DNA from: Acidimicrobiales bacterium
Lineage (GTDB): Bacteria; Actinomycetota; Acidimicrobiia; Acidimicrobiales; Aldehydirespiratoraceae
DNA: 64,000 nt
Direction: 5' to 3'
Assembly (NCBI GenBank): GCA_041687805.1
Contig: JBDNJK010000031.1
Coordinates: 22,379 to 86,378, forward strand
A model generated the notes under the pieces. That model saw only the letters and a program-made list of their open reading frames with translations. It did not search any database and was not told the DNA's origin. How positions within the stretch are numbered: position 1 is the stretch's first letter; every line of letters starts with the position of its first letter. Below are positions 8,685 through 24,320 of this stretch, in pieces. The position numbers and the translations under genes are program-made.

Positions 8685-10769
8685 TCATTCGCCGCGTACG
8701 CGGGCGACGATTTCTGTTTGGACATTTGCTGGGGTGGGCTGGTACGAATCAAATTGCATCGTATAGGTGGCCCGTCCCTGTGTGCGTGAACGCAGATCGG
8801 TACTGTATCCGAACATCTCGGATAGTGGCACCAATGCGTCCACGACTTGGTTGTTGCCTCGCTGCTCGGTGCCTTGCACCTGACCGCGACGGGAGTTCAT
8901 GTCGCCGACGACATCGCCCAGATAGCCGTCGGGGGTGACAACTTCGACAGCCATTACCGGCTCAAGAAGAACCGGCTTGGCCTTCGGAGCGATATCGCGG
9001 AACCATGCGTTACCGGCGATCTTGAAAGCCATTTCCGACGAGTCGACGTCGTGAGTCTTGCCGTCGGTGAGAGTGACCTTCACGTCGACCGTGGGGAAAC
9101 CTGCGAGCACACCGTTGCTCATGGCTTCCCTCACACCTTCACCCACCGGCTTGATGTATTCCTTGGGAATCGACCCACCGGTAATCTTGCTCTCGAATTC
9201 GTAGCCTTTGCCTGGATTCGGCTCGATGGTGGCGCTGATAACGGCGAACTGTCCGGTGCCACCCGTCTGCTTCTTGTGGGTGTAGGTGTATCCCTCGATC
9301 GTCTTGGTGATGGTCTCGCGGTAGGCAACCTGTGGCTTGCCCACGGTGGCCTCGACCTTGAATTCACGCCTCATTCGGTCGACGAGCACGTCGAGATGCA
9401 ACTCGCCCATGCCGGCAATGATGGTCTGTGCAGTCTCTTCGTCGGTGCGGACCTGGAAGGTGGGATCCTCCTCAGCCAGACGCGTCAAGGCGACGCCCAT
9501 CTTCTCTTGGTCGGACTTCGTCTTCGGCTCGACCGCAACGTGGATGACCGGATCGGGGAAGTCGAGATTCTCCAACGTGATCGGATTGGACGGATCACAC
9601 AGGGTGTCGCCGGTGCGGGTGTTCTTGATACCGATGCCAGCGGCGATGTCGCCGGTGAAAACCGCGTCCTTGTCGACACGATCGTTGGCGTGCATCTCGA
9701 GAATGCGGCCCATTCGGTCCTTGTTGAAGGTGCGAGTGTTGAGAACCGGGCTGCCCTTGTCGAGATGACCGCTGTAGACGCGGAAGAAGGTGAGTCGGCC
9801 GACATGGGGGTCGGTGGCGATCTTGAATGCGAGAGCTGCGAACGGCTCACTGTCGTCGGCCTTGCGCTCAAGCTCGGCGCCGGTCTTGGGATCGACGCCC
9901 TTCACAGGCGGAACATCAAGGGGAGAAGGAAGGAAATCGACCACGGCGTCGAGCAGCGGCTGAACGCCCTTGTTCTTGAACGCTGAGCCATTCAGAACCG
10001 GCACCAGCTCACCTGCGAGCGTTCCCTTACGAATGGCAGCCTTGAGCTGACCATCGGAAACCTCTTCATCTTCGAGAACCTTGATCATCAGGTCTTCGTC
10101 GTAGTCGGCCGCGACTTCCAGCAACTCCGCACGGTAGAGCTCGGCATCGTCGGCCAAGTCGGCCGGAATATCGACCTCGTCCCAGCTTGCACCGAGATCC
10201 TCGCTGTGCCAGATCAAGGCCTTCATCTTGACCAGATCGATGACGCCCTTGTAGTCGGCTTCCGCACCGATCGGTAGCTGCATGACAGCCACACGGTCAG
10301 TTAGGCGTTCCTTGATGGTGTCGAGAACGTAGTAGAAGTCGGCACCGGTGCGGTCCATCTTGTTGATGAAGCACATTCGTGGCACCGAATAGCGATCGGC
10401 CTGACGCCACACCGTCTCGGTCTGGGGTTCGACGCCGGCGACGCCGTCGAACACAGCAACTGCGCCATCGAGCACACGCAGCGAGCGCTCCACCTCGACG
10501 GTGAAGTCGACGTGGCCGGGGGTGTCGATGATGTTGATGCGGTGATCCTTCCAAATGCAGTGGGTGGCAGCCGAGGTGATGGTGATGCCACGCTCCTGCT
10601 CCTGCTCCATCCAGTCCATCGTGGCTGCGCCATCGTGGACCTCACCGATTTTGTATGACCGGCCGGTGTAGTAGAGAATCCGCTCGGTGGTCGTGGTCTT
10701 GCCCGCATCGATGTGGGCCATGATCCCGATGTTGCGGGTTCGCTGGAGGGGGTAGCGCTTCTCGGCCAT
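8685..10769 (-). CDS. fusA: Elongation factor G
   Basis: Start chosen at [26 protein letters not shown] (ATG 10769, preceded by AAGGAA). The track ORF extends 22 codons further upstream. Confidence 0.96.
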   Translation of the reverse strand: MAEKRYPLQRTRNIGIMAHIDAGKTTTTERILYYTGRSYKIGEVHDGAATMDWMEQEQERGITITSAATHCIWKDHRINIIDTPGHVDFTVEVERSLRVLDGAVAVFDGVAGVEPQTETVWRQADRYSVPRMCFINKMDRTGADFYYVLDTIKERLTDRVAVMQLPIGAEADYKGVIDLVKMKALIWHSEDLGASWDEVDIPADLADDAELYRAELLEVAADYDEDLMIKVLEDEEVSDGQLKAAIRKGTLAGELVPVLNGSAFKNKGVQPLLDAVVDFLPSPLDVPPVKGVDPKTGAELERKADDSEPFAALAFKIATDPHVGRLTFFRVYSGHLDKGSPVLNTRTFNKDRMGRILEMHANDRVDKDAVFTGDIAAGIGIKNTRTGDTLCDPSNPITLENLDFPDPVIHVAVEPKTKSDQEKMGVALTRLAEEDPTFQVRTDEETAQTIIAGMGELHLDVLVDRMRREFKVEATVGKPQVAYRETITKTIEGYTYTHKKQTGGTGQFAVISATIEPNPGKGYEFESKITGGSIPKEYIKPVGEGVREAMSNGVLAGFPTVDVKVTLTDGKTHDVDSSEMAFKIAGNAWFRDIAPKAKPVLLEPVMAVEVVTPDGYLGDVVGDMNSRRGQVQGTEQRGNNQVVDALVPLSEMFGYSTDLRSRTQGRATYTMQFDSYQPTPANVQTEIVARVRGE

Positions 10770-10904
10770 GTTGATTTCCTTGGGTTGCGCCACTGCGGCG
10801 CCTTGCTTGAGATGTTTGGGAGGCGGACACACCACGACCGGGCATAGTGCCCGGTCGCAGATTTCTTTAGATGTAGTTTGACGAAAGCGCGGGTTGGCCA
10901 GCTG

Positions 10905-11375
10905 CTACCAGCGGTAGTGAGCGAAGGCCTTATTGGCATCCGCCATCTTCTGAAGATCTTCACGGCGCTTCACAGAACCGCCGATGCCGTTGCTGGCATC
11001 AAGGATCTCGTTGGCCAAACGTTCGGCCATGGTGCGCTCGCGACGGTCGCGGGAGTAGCTCACGAGCCAACGCACGGCAAGGGTGGTGGCACGGCGAGGA
11101 CGAACCTCGACCGGGACCTGGTAGGTGGCGCCGCCAACACGACGGCTGCGAACCTCGAGCTGCGGACGAACATTGTCGACTGCTCGCTTGAGAGCACTCA
11201 CAGGCTCGGTGCCGGTCTTGGTCTCGACGATTGAAAGAGCGTCGTAAACGATGCGCTCAGCAAGGCTTCGCTTGCCACGTTGGAGGACCTTGTTGATGAA
11301 CTGGGTTACCAGAACCGAATTGTGAATCGGATCGGGGCGAAGTTCGCGGCGTTGGGCCGGACCTTTACGAGGCAC
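10905..11375 (-). CDS. rpsG: 30S ribosomal protein uS7
   Basis: GTG start at 11375 gives (M)[30 protein letters not shown]..., the canonical S7 N-terminus, 1 nt after the rpsL stop. The longer track ORF overlaps rpsL. Confidence 0.93.
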   Translation of the reverse strand: MPRKGPAQRRELRPDPIHNSVLVTQFINKVLQRGKRSLAERIVYDALSIVETKTGTEPVSALKRAVDNVRPQLEVRSRRVGGATYQVPVEVRPRRATTLAVRWLVSYSRDRRERTMAERLANEILDASNGIGGSVKRREDLQKMADANKAFAHYRW

Positions 11376-11376
11376 G

Positions 11377-11748
11377 TCAGCCTTCCTTCTTGGCGCCGTA
11401 ACGACTACGGGCCTGCTTGCGATCTCGCACTGCGGAAGTATCAAGCGTGCCACGAACGATCTTGTATCGGACACCAGGAAGATCCTTCACACGGCCACCG
11501 CGCACCAGCACGATGGAGTGCTCCTGGAGATTGTGACCCTCTCCCGGAATGTAGGCAGTGATCTCCACGCCGCTGGTGAGGCGCACACGGGCGACCTTAC
11601 GCAAAGCGGAGTTCGGCTTCTTGGGGGTGGCCGTATAGACACGAGTGCACACACCGCGACGCTGTGGGGCGCCCTTCAGAGCGGGGGTTGCCTCCTTGCG
11701 TCGCTTCGACTGACGGCCCTTGCGGACCAACTGCTGGATTGTGGGCAC
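11377..11748 (-). CDS. rpsL: 30S ribosomal protein uS12
   Basis: [13 protein letters not shown]...[19 protein letters not shown]..., canonical S12. Confidence 0.98.
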   Translation of the reverse strand: MPTIQQLVRKGRQSKRRKEATPALKGAPQRRGVCTRVYTATPKKPNSALRKVARVRLTSGVEITAYIPGEGHNLQEHSIVLVRGGRVKDLPGVRYKIVRGTLDTSAVRDRKQARSRYGAKKEG

Positions 11749-11893
11749 TGAAAATTCCTTAGGTTAGATCTCGAATTAGGCACGGCGGCGCGCACACACA
11801 GTCGCGCGAAATGGCCGGCGGAGAAGCATACGAGCGGCTAAGCAGAACCTCAACCCTCAGTAACGAGGATCGCAAGCTCTACCAAGCACGTCG

Positions 11894-15826
<3,933 letters not shown>

Positions 15827-15856
15827 TTTGTTCCTAGTCCTTCGTCGTCGCCGGTA

Positions 15857-18800
15857 TCAGGCGCGAGCCGCACGTGCGGCGGCGCGGGCTGCGTCTTCTT
15901 CGTCACTTCCACGTTCGGGGCGTTGCAAATCGATTCCCAGCTCGGCCACGGTGCGGAAGGTCTCTTCGTCGAGCTCACGCATTTCGATCTCTTGACCGTC
16001 GTGTGAGAGAACCTCAACGTTGATGCAAAGAGCCTGCATTTCCTTGATGAGAACCTTGAAGCTCTCAGGGATGCCGGGCTCTGGAATGTTTTCACCCTTG
16101 ACGATCGACTCATAGACCTTGACTCGGCCGAGCACATCGTCGGATTTGATCGTGAGCAGCTCCTGCAGGCAGTAGGCGGCTCCGTATGCCTCAAGCGCCC
16201 AAACCTCCATCTCGCCAAATCGCTGGCCACCGAACTGCGCCTTACCACCTAGCGGCTGCTGGGTGATCATGGAGTAGGGGCCGGTGGAACGAGCGTGGAT
16301 CTTGTCGTCGACCAAATGGTGGAGCTTGAGGATGTAGACGTACCCGGTCATCACCGCGTTGTCGTATGGCTCCCCAGTGGCACCGTCGAAGAGAACCTGC
16401 TTGCCGTTGGCCTGAATCAGGCGCGTCTCACCATCGGCGCTCTCGGGGTTGATGTTTTGGAGGATGTCGACGATCACCGGCTTGTCTCCGGCCAGATCGT
16501 GCTCATCCCACTTTGCTCCGTCGAACACAGGTGTGGCCACGTAAGTGGACGGCGTGGTGGTGGGCCGAGTCTTACGTTCGGTGCCACTCACCGGAGGTAC
16601 GCCGACCTTGTTGCCGTCGAGATCCCAGCCCCATCTGGCGCAGTAACCAAGATGAGCCTCGAGCACCTGCCCGATGTTCATACGTGACGGCACACCCAAC
16701 GGATTCAAGATGATGTCGACCTGCTGGCCATCAGCGTTATAGGGCATGTCTTCTATCGGAACGATCCGAGAAATGACGCCCTTGTTGCCGTGGCGACCGG
16801 CGAGCTTGTCGCCCACACTGATCTTGCGCTTCTGGGCGACGTAAACCCGCACGAGTTGGTTGACACCTGGCGTTAGCTCGTGGGAGTCCTCGCGGTCGAA
16901 GACCTTCACGTCGATGACCTTGCCGGTCTCGCCGTGAGGGACCTTCATGGAAGTGTCGCGAACCTCGCGAGCCTTCTCACCGAAGATGGCACGCAGCAAA
17001 CGCTCCTCGGGAGTGAGTTCGGTCTCGCCCTTGGGGGTGACCTTGCCAACCAGAACATCGCCCGGTCCGACTTCAGCACCAACACGAATGATGCCACGCT
17101 CGTCGAGATCGGCGAGAATTTCCTCACTCAGATTGGGAATGTCGCGGGTGATCTCTTCAGGACCCAACTTCGTGTCGCGGGCATCGACTTCGTGCTCCTT
17201 GATGTGGATCGACGTGAGAACGTCGTCCTTGACAAGGCGCTCCGAAAGAATGATCGCATCCTCGAAGTTGTAGCCATGCCAAGGCATGAAGGCCACCATA
17301 AGGTTTTTCCCGAGGGCCAACTCTCCGCCATCGGTGGACGGGCCATCGGCGAGGACATCGCCCTTCTTGACCTTTTCGCCCTCGCTCACACGAGGCTTCT
17401 GGGTGATGCAAGTGTCTTGATTTGATCGCTCGAACTTGTGGAACTTGATTGCCTTGGTGCCGAGCTTCTTGTAGTCGATCACAATGTGATCGGCATCGAG
17501 TTCCAAAACCGTGCCATCGTCTTCGGCGGCGAGCATGTCGGCAGCGTCGAAAGCACAACGCTCCTCAATGCCAGTGCCCACGTAGCCGGCTTCGGCTCTG
17601 AGCAACGGCACAGCTTGACGCTGCATGTTGGCACCCATGAGCGCGCGGTTTGCGTCGTCGTGCTCAAGGAACGGAATGAGTGCGGTGGCTACAGAAATGA
17701 TCTGCTTCGGCGAAATGTCCATCATCTGGACTTCTGCGGGCGGCACCGAAGAGATCTCGGTGGTAGCGCCGAAGAACACTTCTTGCTCCAACTGGAGCCT
17801 GAGATCGCGCAACGATGCGGCCTGAGGTGATCGGCGCACAAGCACACGATCGTCAAGTAGACAGCCATGTTCGTCCATGCGAGCGTTGGCCTGGGCGACC
17901 ACGAACTCCTCTTCCTCATCGGCTGTGAGGTAGACGATCTCGTGGGTGGCCACACCGTCGACAACCTTGCGGTATGGCGACTCGATGAACCCGAAAAGGT
18001 TGACCTGGGCGTAGCTGGCCAGACCGCCGATCAGGCCGATGTTGGGACCTTCAGGCGTCTCAATCGGACACATGCGGCCGTAGTGGGAGAAGTGAACGTC
18101 ACGGACTTCGAAGCCGGCCCGCTCACGACTGAGACCACCCGGGCCGAGTGCCGAAAGGCGACGACGGTGGGTGAGGCCCGAAAGCGGGTTGACCTGGTCC
18201 ATGAACTGCGACAGCTGCGAAGTGCCGAAGAACTCCTTGATGGCCGCCACAACAGGGCGAATGTTGATGAGCGTCTGAGGGGTGATCGCCTCGACATCTT
18301 GGGTGGTCATGCGCTCACGCACAACACGTTCCATGCGACTGAGGCCGATACGAACCTGATTCTGGATCAACTCTCCAACGCTACGAATACGGCGATTGGC
18401 GAAATGGTCCTGATCGTCGAGGCGGTATCCAGGCTCGGCTTTTGCCAAGTTGAGCAGGTAAGTGGTGGCCGCGAGCATTTCGCACTGGGCCAGCACCGGC
18501 GAGTCGAGATCGGGGCGATCGAGTTCGAGGCCGAACTGATTCTCAAGGAAATCGAGTTCCGGGCCCAGCTTGCGGTTGAGCTTGTGGCGTCCGACGCGGC
18601 TGAGGTCGTAGCGGCGCGGCTCAAAGAAAGCATTGCGGAAATAGGAACGAGCCGACTCGACCGTGGGCGGTTCGCCCGGACGTGCACGCTTGTAGATCTC
18701 GAGCAGAGCCTCTTCTTGAGTCGGGGCAAGCTCTTTGTCTTTCTCCCACTGGCCCTCGAGGAAGTCGAAGTACTCGACGAAACGCTCAAGGAATCCGGGA

Positions 18801-19468
18801 TGGCTGACCTCGTCGTAGCCAAGGGCACGCAACAGTACGAACAGGCTGATGCGACGCTTGCGAGCCACGCGCGCTCCGGCGGTGACGTCCTTGCCGGGCT
18901 TCTGCTCGACGTCGAACTCGATCCATTCACCGCGGTACGGGTGGACGGTGCCGGTGACAAGCTGATGCTTCGACAGGTTGCGCAAACGGAATCGTTCACC
19001 CGGCTGGAAGATGACGCCAGGGGAACGAACAAGCTGCGACACGACGACACGCTCGGTGCCGTTGATGATGAACGTGCCCTTGTCGGTCATCATGGGGAAA
19101 TCACCCATGAACACCGTCTGTTCTTTGATTTCGCCAGTGTTGGCGTTCATGAACCGAGCGCGCACGAAGATTGGCGCGGCGTAGGTGATGTCCTTCTCGC
19201 GACACTCCTCAACCGTGAACTTCGGAACGGGCTCCAGATCCGGACCGTTGGGATCGAAGTCCAACTCGAGCTGGAGAGTTTCCGTGAAGTCCTTAATAGG
19301 GGACATGTCACGGAAGGTCTGCGTGAGACCCTCTGCCAAGAGTCGTCTGAACGACTCACGTTGAATTTCAATCAAATCCGGAAGCGGTAAAACCTCAGGA
19401 AGATTGCCGAAAGAATAGCGATCGCGATTAGCGGCGCGTGTGGTCACATGGACTCCCGTTGAGCGCAC
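15857..19468 (-). CDS. rpoB: DNA-directed RNA polymerase subunit beta
   Basis: 1203 aa with conserved beta-subunit blocks (…[20 protein letters not shown]…). GTG start at 19468; a start a few codons downstream is possible. Confidence 0.97.
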   Translation of the reverse strand: MRSTGVHVTTRAANRDRYSFGNLPEVLPLPDLIEIQRESFRRLLAEGLTQTFRDMSPIKDFTETLQLELDFDPNGPDLEPVPKFTVEECREKDITYAAPIFVRARFMNANTGEIKEQTVFMGDFPMMTDKGTFIINGTERVVVSQLVRSPGVIFQPGERFRLRNLSKHQLVTGTVHPYRGEWIEFDVEQKPGKDVTAGARVARKRRISLFVLLRALGYDEVSHPGFLERFVEYFDFLEGQWEKDKELAPTQEEALLEIYKRARPGEPPTVESARSYFRNAFFEPRRYDLSRVGRHKLNRKLGPELDFLENQFGLELDRPDLDSPVLAQCEMLAATTYLLNLAKAEPGYRLDDQDHFANRRIRSVGELIQNQVRIGLSRMERVVRERMTTQDVEAITPQTLINIRPVVAAIKEFFGTSQLSQFMDQVNPLSGLTHRRRLSALGPGGLSRERAGFEVRDVHFSHYGRMCPIETPEGPNIGLIGGLASYAQVNLFGFIESPYRKVVDGVATHEIVYLTADEEEEFVVAQANARMDEHGCLLDDRVLVRRSPQAASLRDLRLQLEQEVFFGATTEISSVPPAEVQMMDISPKQIISVATALIPFLEHDDANRALMGANMQRQAVPLLRAEAGYVGTGIEERCAFDAADMLAAEDDGTVLELDADHIVIDYKKLGTKAIKFHKFERSNQDTCITQKPRVSEGEKVKKGDVLADGPSTDGGELALGKNLMVAFMPWHGYNFEDAIILSERLVKDDVLTSIHIKEHEVDARDTKLGPEEITRDIPNLSEEILADLDERGIIRVGAEVGPGDVLVGKVTPKGETELTPEERLLRAIFGEKAREVRDTSMKVPHGETGKVIDVKVFDREDSHELTPGVNQLVRVYVAQKRKISVGDKLAGRHGNKGVISRIVPIEDMPYNADGQQVDIILNPLGVPSRMNIGQVLEAHLGYCARWGWDLDGNKVGVPPVSGTERKTRPTTTPSTYVATPVFDGAKWDEHDLAGDKPVIVDILQNINPESADGETRLIQANGKQVLFDGATGEPYDNAVMTGYVYILKLHHLVDDKIHARSTGPYSMITQQPLGGKAQFGGQRFGEMEVWALEAYGAAYCLQELLTIKSDDVLGRVKVYESIVKGENIPEPGIPESFKVLIKEMQALCINVEVLSHDGQEIEMRELDEETFRTVAELGIDLQRPERGSDEEDAARAAARAARA

Positions 19469-19654
19469 GAAAGAGGTCGACCGTGATCTTCGAGCGCGCG
19501 CGTGAACGATCTAAAAAGATAGGAAACAGGCGCGACGACGACCACGGTAGATGGCAGGATACTGCGCCGGACATGGCGGGGCAACCTGAACCTGCACCGC
19601 CGAAAACCAACGGTGCACTTGCCAGAGCCGTTGAATCGGCTGTGACGTTCGCGA

Positions 19655-19683
19655 AGAGTACGTATTTAGAGCGCAGAGGTCAA
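19655..19683 (-). promoter_or_regulatory. Candidate sigma-70-type promoter for rpoBC (TTGACC-17 nt-TACTCT on the minus strand)
   Basis: Hexamers read directly (rc of 19678-19683 and 19655-19660). Sits just downstream of the phosphatase stop, ~185 nt upstream of rpoB. Pattern match only. Confidence 0.2.
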
Positions 19684-19695
19684 GGACTTGCCGCG

Positions 19696-20685
19696 TTAAT
19701 CATTCTGTCGGTCGTACAACATCTGACGGCGTACGGCTTCCGAAGCTGACTTTGTGATACCGGCAAATCGCAGGTAACCGTCGAAGCTGTCCCACCGATC
19801 TTGCATTCCCTCGAGCACAGCGCGCATCACTCCCCGAGGTGCCATCCAGAGCGTCTCGAACTCCCGCGGTTCAAGTCCCATTGCTTGCAGCGCCGTCGAA
19901 AACTGGGGACCATGAGGTGGGGCGTATGAATTGGTCAGCTCGTAATCGTCGAGAACATCACCGGCGTCGACCCCGCACATGGACAACAGAACCATCGCCA
20001 TGACGCCGGTGCGGTCCTTCCCAGCGGTGCAGTGAAACAACACTCTCTCGCCCGCGGCAACCGCCGCGGCCACCGTCGAAATATGGTCGGTAAATTCGTC
20101 GAGCATCACCAGATAGCCGGTGGACATCTCGGGTTGACCAAATTTCGTGAGCTCACCCACCTCGATTCGTTCCATGATCGTGCGCGCTTGTACGCCATCG
20201 CTCGACATGGGAAGCCGTACCAACTCGACCCCCTCGGGGAGGCGATCCGGAGCGTCGTCCACTTCGGCATCGACCCTCAGATCAAAAATCTTGGTGATAC
20301 CAAGGTCGAGAACCCGCACATGGTCTTCATCAGACATCGCGTCGAGCCGATCACTCCGAAAAACTCGACCCCACCGGGTATTGCCGCCCGACGCCGAGCG
20401 ATATCCACCGAGATCACGAAAGTTTCTCGGCCCATCCATTTCAAGCCGACGTTCCGCTGCCACCACAAAACCCGTGTGCGGATCGAACAGGTGGACATAC
20501 GGCCGCTTGACCCCGCCGATAGGGACAATCGCGACACCGGGTGAATCAGGTGCAAAAACATTCACTCCGGCGTCATCTGGATCGAGTGAGACAAAGATCG
20601 ACAAGGACTCGCCGCCGCCTCGCCAAGTAACCACCAGTTGATCGCCAGACGACACGACGTTGACATTGGAAAGCGGCGCTGGCAC
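19696..20685 (-). CDS. Protein-tyrosine phosphatase family protein (Y_phosphatase3-like) with N-terminal beta-rich domain
   Basis: CX5R active-site loop FHCTAGKDRTGV. NFRDLGGY motif upstream. GTG start. Confidence 0.8.
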   Translation of the reverse strand: MPAPLSNVNVVSSGDQLVVTWRGGGESLSIFVSLDPDDAGVNVFAPDSPGVAIVPIGGVKRPYVHLFDPHTGFVVAAERRLEMDGPRNFRDLGGYRSASGGNTRWGRVFRSDRLDAMSDEDHVRVLDLGITKIFDLRVDAEVDDAPDRLPEGVELVRLPMSSDGVQARTIMERIEVGELTKFGQPEMSTGYLVMLDEFTDHISTVAAAVAAGERVLFHCTAGKDRTGVMAMVLLSMCGVDAGDVLDDYELTNSYAPPHGPQFSTALQAMGLEPREFETLWMAPRGVMRAVLEGMQDRWDSFDGYLRFAGITKSASEAVRRQMLYDRQND

Positions 20686-20700
20686 GACGGAAGACTAGCG

Positions 20701-20752
20701 AGATTGTTGCAGAGGCGACGACACCAAAGTGTCGTCGCCTCTGCAACAATCT
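20701..20752. terminator. Perfect 24-bp inverted repeat with 4-nt loop between rplL and the phosphatase gene
   Basis: agattgttgcagaggcgacgacac-caaa-gtgtcgtcgcctctgcaacaatct read directly. 33 nt after the rplL stop, 15 nt before the phosphatase GTG. No U-tract. Confidence 0.6.
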
Positions 20753-20785
20753 CGGTCTCCGGAATGTCCGGAGGTGAAAGCGGTA

Positions 20786-21157
20786 TTACTTGACTTCGAC
20801 GGTGGCGCCAGCAGCTTCGAGGGCCTCCTTGGCCTTCTCAGCGTCTTCCTTGGAAGCTCCCTCGAGGACAGCCTTCGGTGCGTTGTCAACGAGTTCCTTG
20901 GCTTCCTTGAGGCCCAAGGATGTGAGGCCACGGACCTCTTTGATGACCTGGATCTTCTTCTCGCCGGCGACCATGAGCACAACATCAAATGCTGTCTGCT
21001 CTTCGACTTCAGCAGCCTCAGCAGCCGGGGCAGCAGCCGCGGCGGCAGGAGCAGCGGCTGTGACGCCGAACTTCTCTTCGAACTCCGAGAGCAATTCGCT
21101 CAGTTCGAGAACGGTCATCGACGCGATTGAGTCGAGGATTTCTTCTTTAGTTGCCAT
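20786..21157 (-). CDS. rplL: 50S ribosomal protein bL12 (L7/L12)
   Basis: 123 aa, Ala-rich hinge [13 protein letters not shown] and C-terminal domain ...[41 protein letters not shown]. Confidence 0.97.
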   Translation of the reverse strand: MATKEEILDSIASMTVLELSELLSEFEEKFGVTAAAPAAAAAAPAAEAAEVEEQTAFDVVLMVAGEKKIQVIKEVRGLTSLGLKEAKELVDNAPKAVLEGASKEDAEKAKEALEAAGATVEVK

Positions 21158-21159
21158 GA

Positions 21160-21924
21160 TCAGGCCTCCTGTGGGTCGGCGTCAGCCGACGCCTGGTCGT
21201 CAGCGTCGTTCGACGCATCTTCTTGTTTTGTGTCGGCATCGTCTGACGCCTGGGTTTCAGTGGCCTCGGCTTCATCAGATGCTTCGGCGGGTGTTTCTGT
21301 GGCTTCGGCATCGTCAGATACCTCGGCGGGTGCTTCTGTGGTCTCGGCTTCGTCTGAAGCCGGGGTCTCGGCCGGCGCATCGGCTGCGCCGCCCTGATCG
21401 ATGAGTGCCTTGAGCCCATAAGCGAAATTACGAGGCAGGGCCTGTAGCAGGCCTGCCATCTTCGCAATCGGGGCCTGGAATGCACCAGCGAGTTGAGCGA
21501 GAAGAACATCCCTGGACGGAAGTTCGGCCAGCGCCTTCAAGTCTTCGCTGCTCAGCAGCTTGTCGTCGAGGATGCCCCCCTTCAGAACGAGAGCTTCATT
21601 GCCTTTGGCGAAATCTTTGAGCGCCTTCGCCGCAGCAGCGACATCACCGGGTGTTCCATCAGCTTTCTCGCCTACAAAGGCAATAGCTGTCGGGCCAGTG
21701 AGCAACTCATCAATCTCGAGTCCGATCTCACGGGCAGCCAAACGCACAAGCGTGTTCTTGTAGATCTTGTACTCACTGCCCGCTTCGCGAAGTGCACGAC
21801 GCAACTCAGCCATAGCTGCCACATCGAGCCCTCGGTATTCGGTCAGCATCACGCCGCCACTGTTGGCCAGCTTCTCGCGAACCTCTTCGACGATCGCGAC
21901 CTTATCCGGTCTTGGGTCTCCCAT
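21160..21924 (-). CDS. rplJ: 50S ribosomal protein uL10 with ~70-aa acidic C-terminal tail
   Basis: The first ~180 aa are typical L10 (…[34 protein letters not shown]…). The tail is [71 protein letters not shown]. Confidence 0.94.
   Translation of the reverse strand: MGDPRPDKVAIVEEVREKLANSGGVMLTEYRGLDVAAMAELRRALREAGSEYKIYKNTLVRLAAREIGLEIDELLTGPTAIAFVGEKADGTPGDVAAAAKALKDFAKGNEALVLKGGILDDKLLSSEDLKALAELPSRDVLLAQLAGAFQAPIAKMAGLLQALPRNFAYGLKALIDQGGAADAPAETPASDEAETTEAPAEVSDDAEATETPAEASDEAEATETQASDDADTKQEDASNDADDQASADADPQEA
21262..21339 (-). repeat. Two ~39-bp imperfect tandem units (plus a partial third to ~21375) in the rplJ tail, encoding a 13-aa acidic repeat
   Basis: ggcctcggcttcatcagatgcttcggcgggtgtttctgt versus ggcttcggcatcgtcagatacctcggcgggtgcttctgt, aligned by eye. 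Confidence 0.8.
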
Positions 21925-22140
21925 TTCACCTCCTTATTCTCTGTCGGGTGCGCCAAGCGCACTGTTGATGTGCGTAGAACGCACTCGGGCGCCCACCAAA
22001 CAGGCGGACGCCTCGAGAAACCTGGCCGTGGATTACCGGCTCGGTGATACGGGGCTCCCCCTACGCCGGCGGGACAAGTCCCATTGATGCTCATAATGAG
22101 CGCACCGGAGGTCTTAGGTGAGCAAGATTTTCAGCTGTAG
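21925..22140 (-). promoter_or_regulatory. Long untranslated leader of rplJL, the expected location of the L10 autoregulatory leader
   Basis: ~215 nt non-coding between the rplA-distal hairpin and the rplJ start. Position only; I have not folded or matched the structure. Confidence 0.25.
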
Positions 22141-22167
22141 AGCGGTGAGGCTAACGGCCTCACCGCT
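22141..22167 (-). terminator. Hairpin 16 nt after the rplA stop (agcggtgaggc-taacg-gcctcaccgct)
   Basis: 11-bp stem read directly. No clear U-tract. Confidence 0.4.
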
Positions 22168-22182
22168 GTATTACTCGGGTAT

Positions 22183-22884
22183 TCAGTCCTCGATACCAAC
22201 GATGAGGCCCGGGTCGACACTGACTCCCGGCCCCATGGTGGATGAAATCACAACCTTGCGAACGTACTTGCCCTTGGCCGAAGCCGGCCTCACCCGTTCG
22301 AGTTCGCCAAATGCTGTCCGGAGATTGCTGAGCAGAGCTTCTTCGGTGAACGAGGCCTTGCCAATCGGCACATGAACATTGGCAAAACGGTCGGTGCGAT
22401 ATTCAACCCGGCCACCCTTGAATTCACCGATTGCCTTGGCGACATCAGGGGTGACGGTGCCGGTCTTGGGGTTTGGCATCAGACCACGCGGTCCGAGCAC
22501 GCGCCCGAGCTTGCCAACCACCGGCATCATGTCGGGGGTGGCAATGGCGAGATCAAATGCGGTCATGCCGCCTTCAATTTCGGCGGCGAGGTCTTCGGCA
22601 CCGACAAACTCTGCACCGGCTTCGCGAGCAGCAGCAGCAGCTTCACCTTGGGCGAACACGGCGATGCGAACATCTTTGCCGGTGCCGGCGGGTAGAGCGA
22701 CAGTGCCGCGAATCATCTGATCGGCCTTGCGGGGGTCTACGCCCAGCCGGACAACCAGATCGATTGTTTCGTCGAACTTTGCCGAAGCGAGAGACTTGAC
22801 CAGCGCAACCGATTCCTCATCGGAATGTTGGTGGTCGTGGTCGTAGCGTTTCGCTGCGTCGGTGTACTTCTTACCTTTCGCCAT
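22183..22884 (-). CDS. rplA: 50S ribosomal protein uL1
   Basis: Start at MAKGKKYTDAAKRYD (ATG 22884, GAGGGAG upstream). The track ORF is 17 codons longer. Confidence 0.95.
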   Translation of the reverse strand: MAKGKKYTDAAKRYDHDHQHSDEESVALVKSLASAKFDETIDLVVRLGVDPRKADQMIRGTVALPAGTGKDVRIAVFAQGEAAAAAREAGAEFVGAEDLAAEIEGGMTAFDLAIATPDMMPVVGKLGRVLGPRGLMPNPKTGTVTPDVAKAIGEFKGGRVEYRTDRFANVHVPIGKASFTEEALLSNLRTAFGELERVRPASAKGKYVRKVVISSTMGPGVSVDPGLIVGIED

Positions 22885-22992
22885 GATGGCTCCCTCTAGT
22901 AAGTGTGCCGCCAGCGAGGTCGTCTGGTCGGTCACGTTGATAGGTCTGTTTGGTCGAACCTGCAGCCGTTAAGCCGGAAGTGGAAGAAAGAA

Positions 22993-23421
22993 TCAGCCCT
23001 CGACCGTGATGCCCATGGAACGAGCGGTGCCCGCAACCTGAGCTTTGGCGCCTTCGAGATCGATGGCGTTGAGATCTGGCATCTTGATCTCAGCGATTTC
23101 GGCAACCTGCGCATCGGTGATCGACGCGGCAACTTCTCGACCAGGATTGCTGGCAGCCTTGTCGATACCGGCCGCCTGAGAAATCAGAAACGGAGTTGGG
23201 GGAGTCTTGAGAATGAAGCTGAAGGTGCGATCCTCGAAGATGCTTATCTCGACTGGGATGATCTGACCACGCTTGTCTTCGGTGCGTGAGTTGTATGCCT
23301 TGCAAAAATCCATGATCGCGACACCGTGGGGACCAAGCGCGGTGCCGACCGGCGGCGCGGGAGATGCCTGACCGGCGGGGATCTGAATTTTGACTACAGC
23401 AGAGACCTGCTTTTTTGCCAT
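22993..23421 (-). CDS. rplK: 50S ribosomal protein uL11
   Basis: Start at [34 protein letters not shown] (ATG 23421), canonical L11. Confidence 0.96.
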   Translation of the reverse strand: MAKKQVSAVVKIQIPAGQASPAPPVGTALGPHGVAIMDFCKAYNSRTEDKRGQIIPVEISIFEDRTFSFILKTPPTPFLISQAAGIDKAASNPGREVAASITDAQVAEIAEIKMPDLNAIDLEGAKAQVAGTARSMGITVEG

Positions 23422-23485
23422 GGCTAATGTTCCTGAGAGAAAGGGGGACGAAACAGTGTGGCGCCGGCCGCGGCCAGCCACAACC

Positions 23486-24316
23486 TCAGAGTCGCGCGAC
23501 CTGCGCGAATTCGAGTTCGACCGGAGTTTCCCGGCCGAAGATATTCAGTAGGACCTTGACCTTGAGTTGGTCCTCGTTGATTTCGATGATCTCGCCAAGG
23601 AAGTCGGCGAACGGCCCCTCGACAACTCGAATGGTTTCGCCCATTCCGTATTCGAACATGGGCTTCGACTTCTTGGCTGCAGCGCGCTGGCGTTCGGCCT
23701 CCAAGCCCAGGAATGTCTCGACATCTCGGCGACGAAGCGGCGATGGCTTGCCACCCTGATTGACGAATCCGGTTACTCCTGGCGTGTTGCGAAGGACATA
23801 CCAAGCATCATCATCGAGCCGACAACGCACCAGCAGGTAGCCGGGGAACAACTTCTTCTCGCTGACGACCTTCTTCAGATTCTTGAGTTCGGTCACCTCA
23901 CGAGTGGGAATCTGGACCTCGTAGATGCGGTGATCCATGTTCATCGACTCGGTGCGAGCCTCGATGTTTCGCTTCACCTTCTTTTCGTAACCCGACTGGG
24001 TGTGGACCACATACCACTTTCCCGGGCGGTCGAAGGGGCTGAGGTAAGGCTCCTCTTCCTCGACTTCACCATCGGCGGCCAAGAGGGCATCCTCATCGAC
24101 AACTTCGGCGACAACATCGACTGCCCCGATGGGACCGGTCCACTCGTTGGACAGAACTGTTGGCGCAACCTCAGCAACCTCAGCAACCTCAGCCTCGGCG
24201 GCAAGAGCCGACTCGACCTCGTCCATAGGCGCGGCGTCGGCCGGTTCTGTGGGCTCTGGGGTGTCGATGTCGGTGGACTCTGGGGTATCGGTGGCCATGT
24301 CTTCTTCTTCTGGCAT
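23486..24316 (-). CDS. nusG: Transcription termination/antitermination factor NusG with ~100-aa acidic N-terminal extension
   Basis: NGN domain ([20 protein letters not shown]) and KOW domain ([24 protein letters not shown]). Follows secE. Confidence 0.95.
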   Translation of the reverse strand: MPEEEDMATDTPESTDIDTPEPTEPADAAPMDEVESALAAEAEVAEVAEVAPTVLSNEWTGPIGAVDVVAEVVDEDALLAADGEVEEEEPYLSPFDRPGKWYVVHTQSGYEKKVKRNIEARTESMNMDHRIYEVQIPTREVTELKNLKKVVSEKKLFPGYLLVRCRLDDDAWYVLRNTPGVTGFVNQGGKPSPLRRRDVETFLGLEAERQRAAAKKSKPMFEYGMGETIRVVEGPFADFLGEIIEINEDQLKVKVLLNIFGRETPVELEFAQVARL

Positions 24317-24320
24317 GAGA

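Noticed and set aside
7447-8766. 439-aa plus-strand ORF covering the whole tuf locus
   Set aside because: It is exactly antisense to EF-Tu, whose identity is unambiguous. The composition (V/D/G/H/L-rich, no motifs) is typical of mirror-frame ORFs in GC-rich DNA.
17867-19390. 507-aa plus-strand ORF, plus 14864-16006 (380 aa), 8847-9986 (379 aa) and 55074-56369 (431 aa)
   Set aside because: All are antisense shadows of rpoB, rpoC, fusA and acs respectively. They have no recognisable domains, and stop codons are rare in the antisense frames of high-GC genes.
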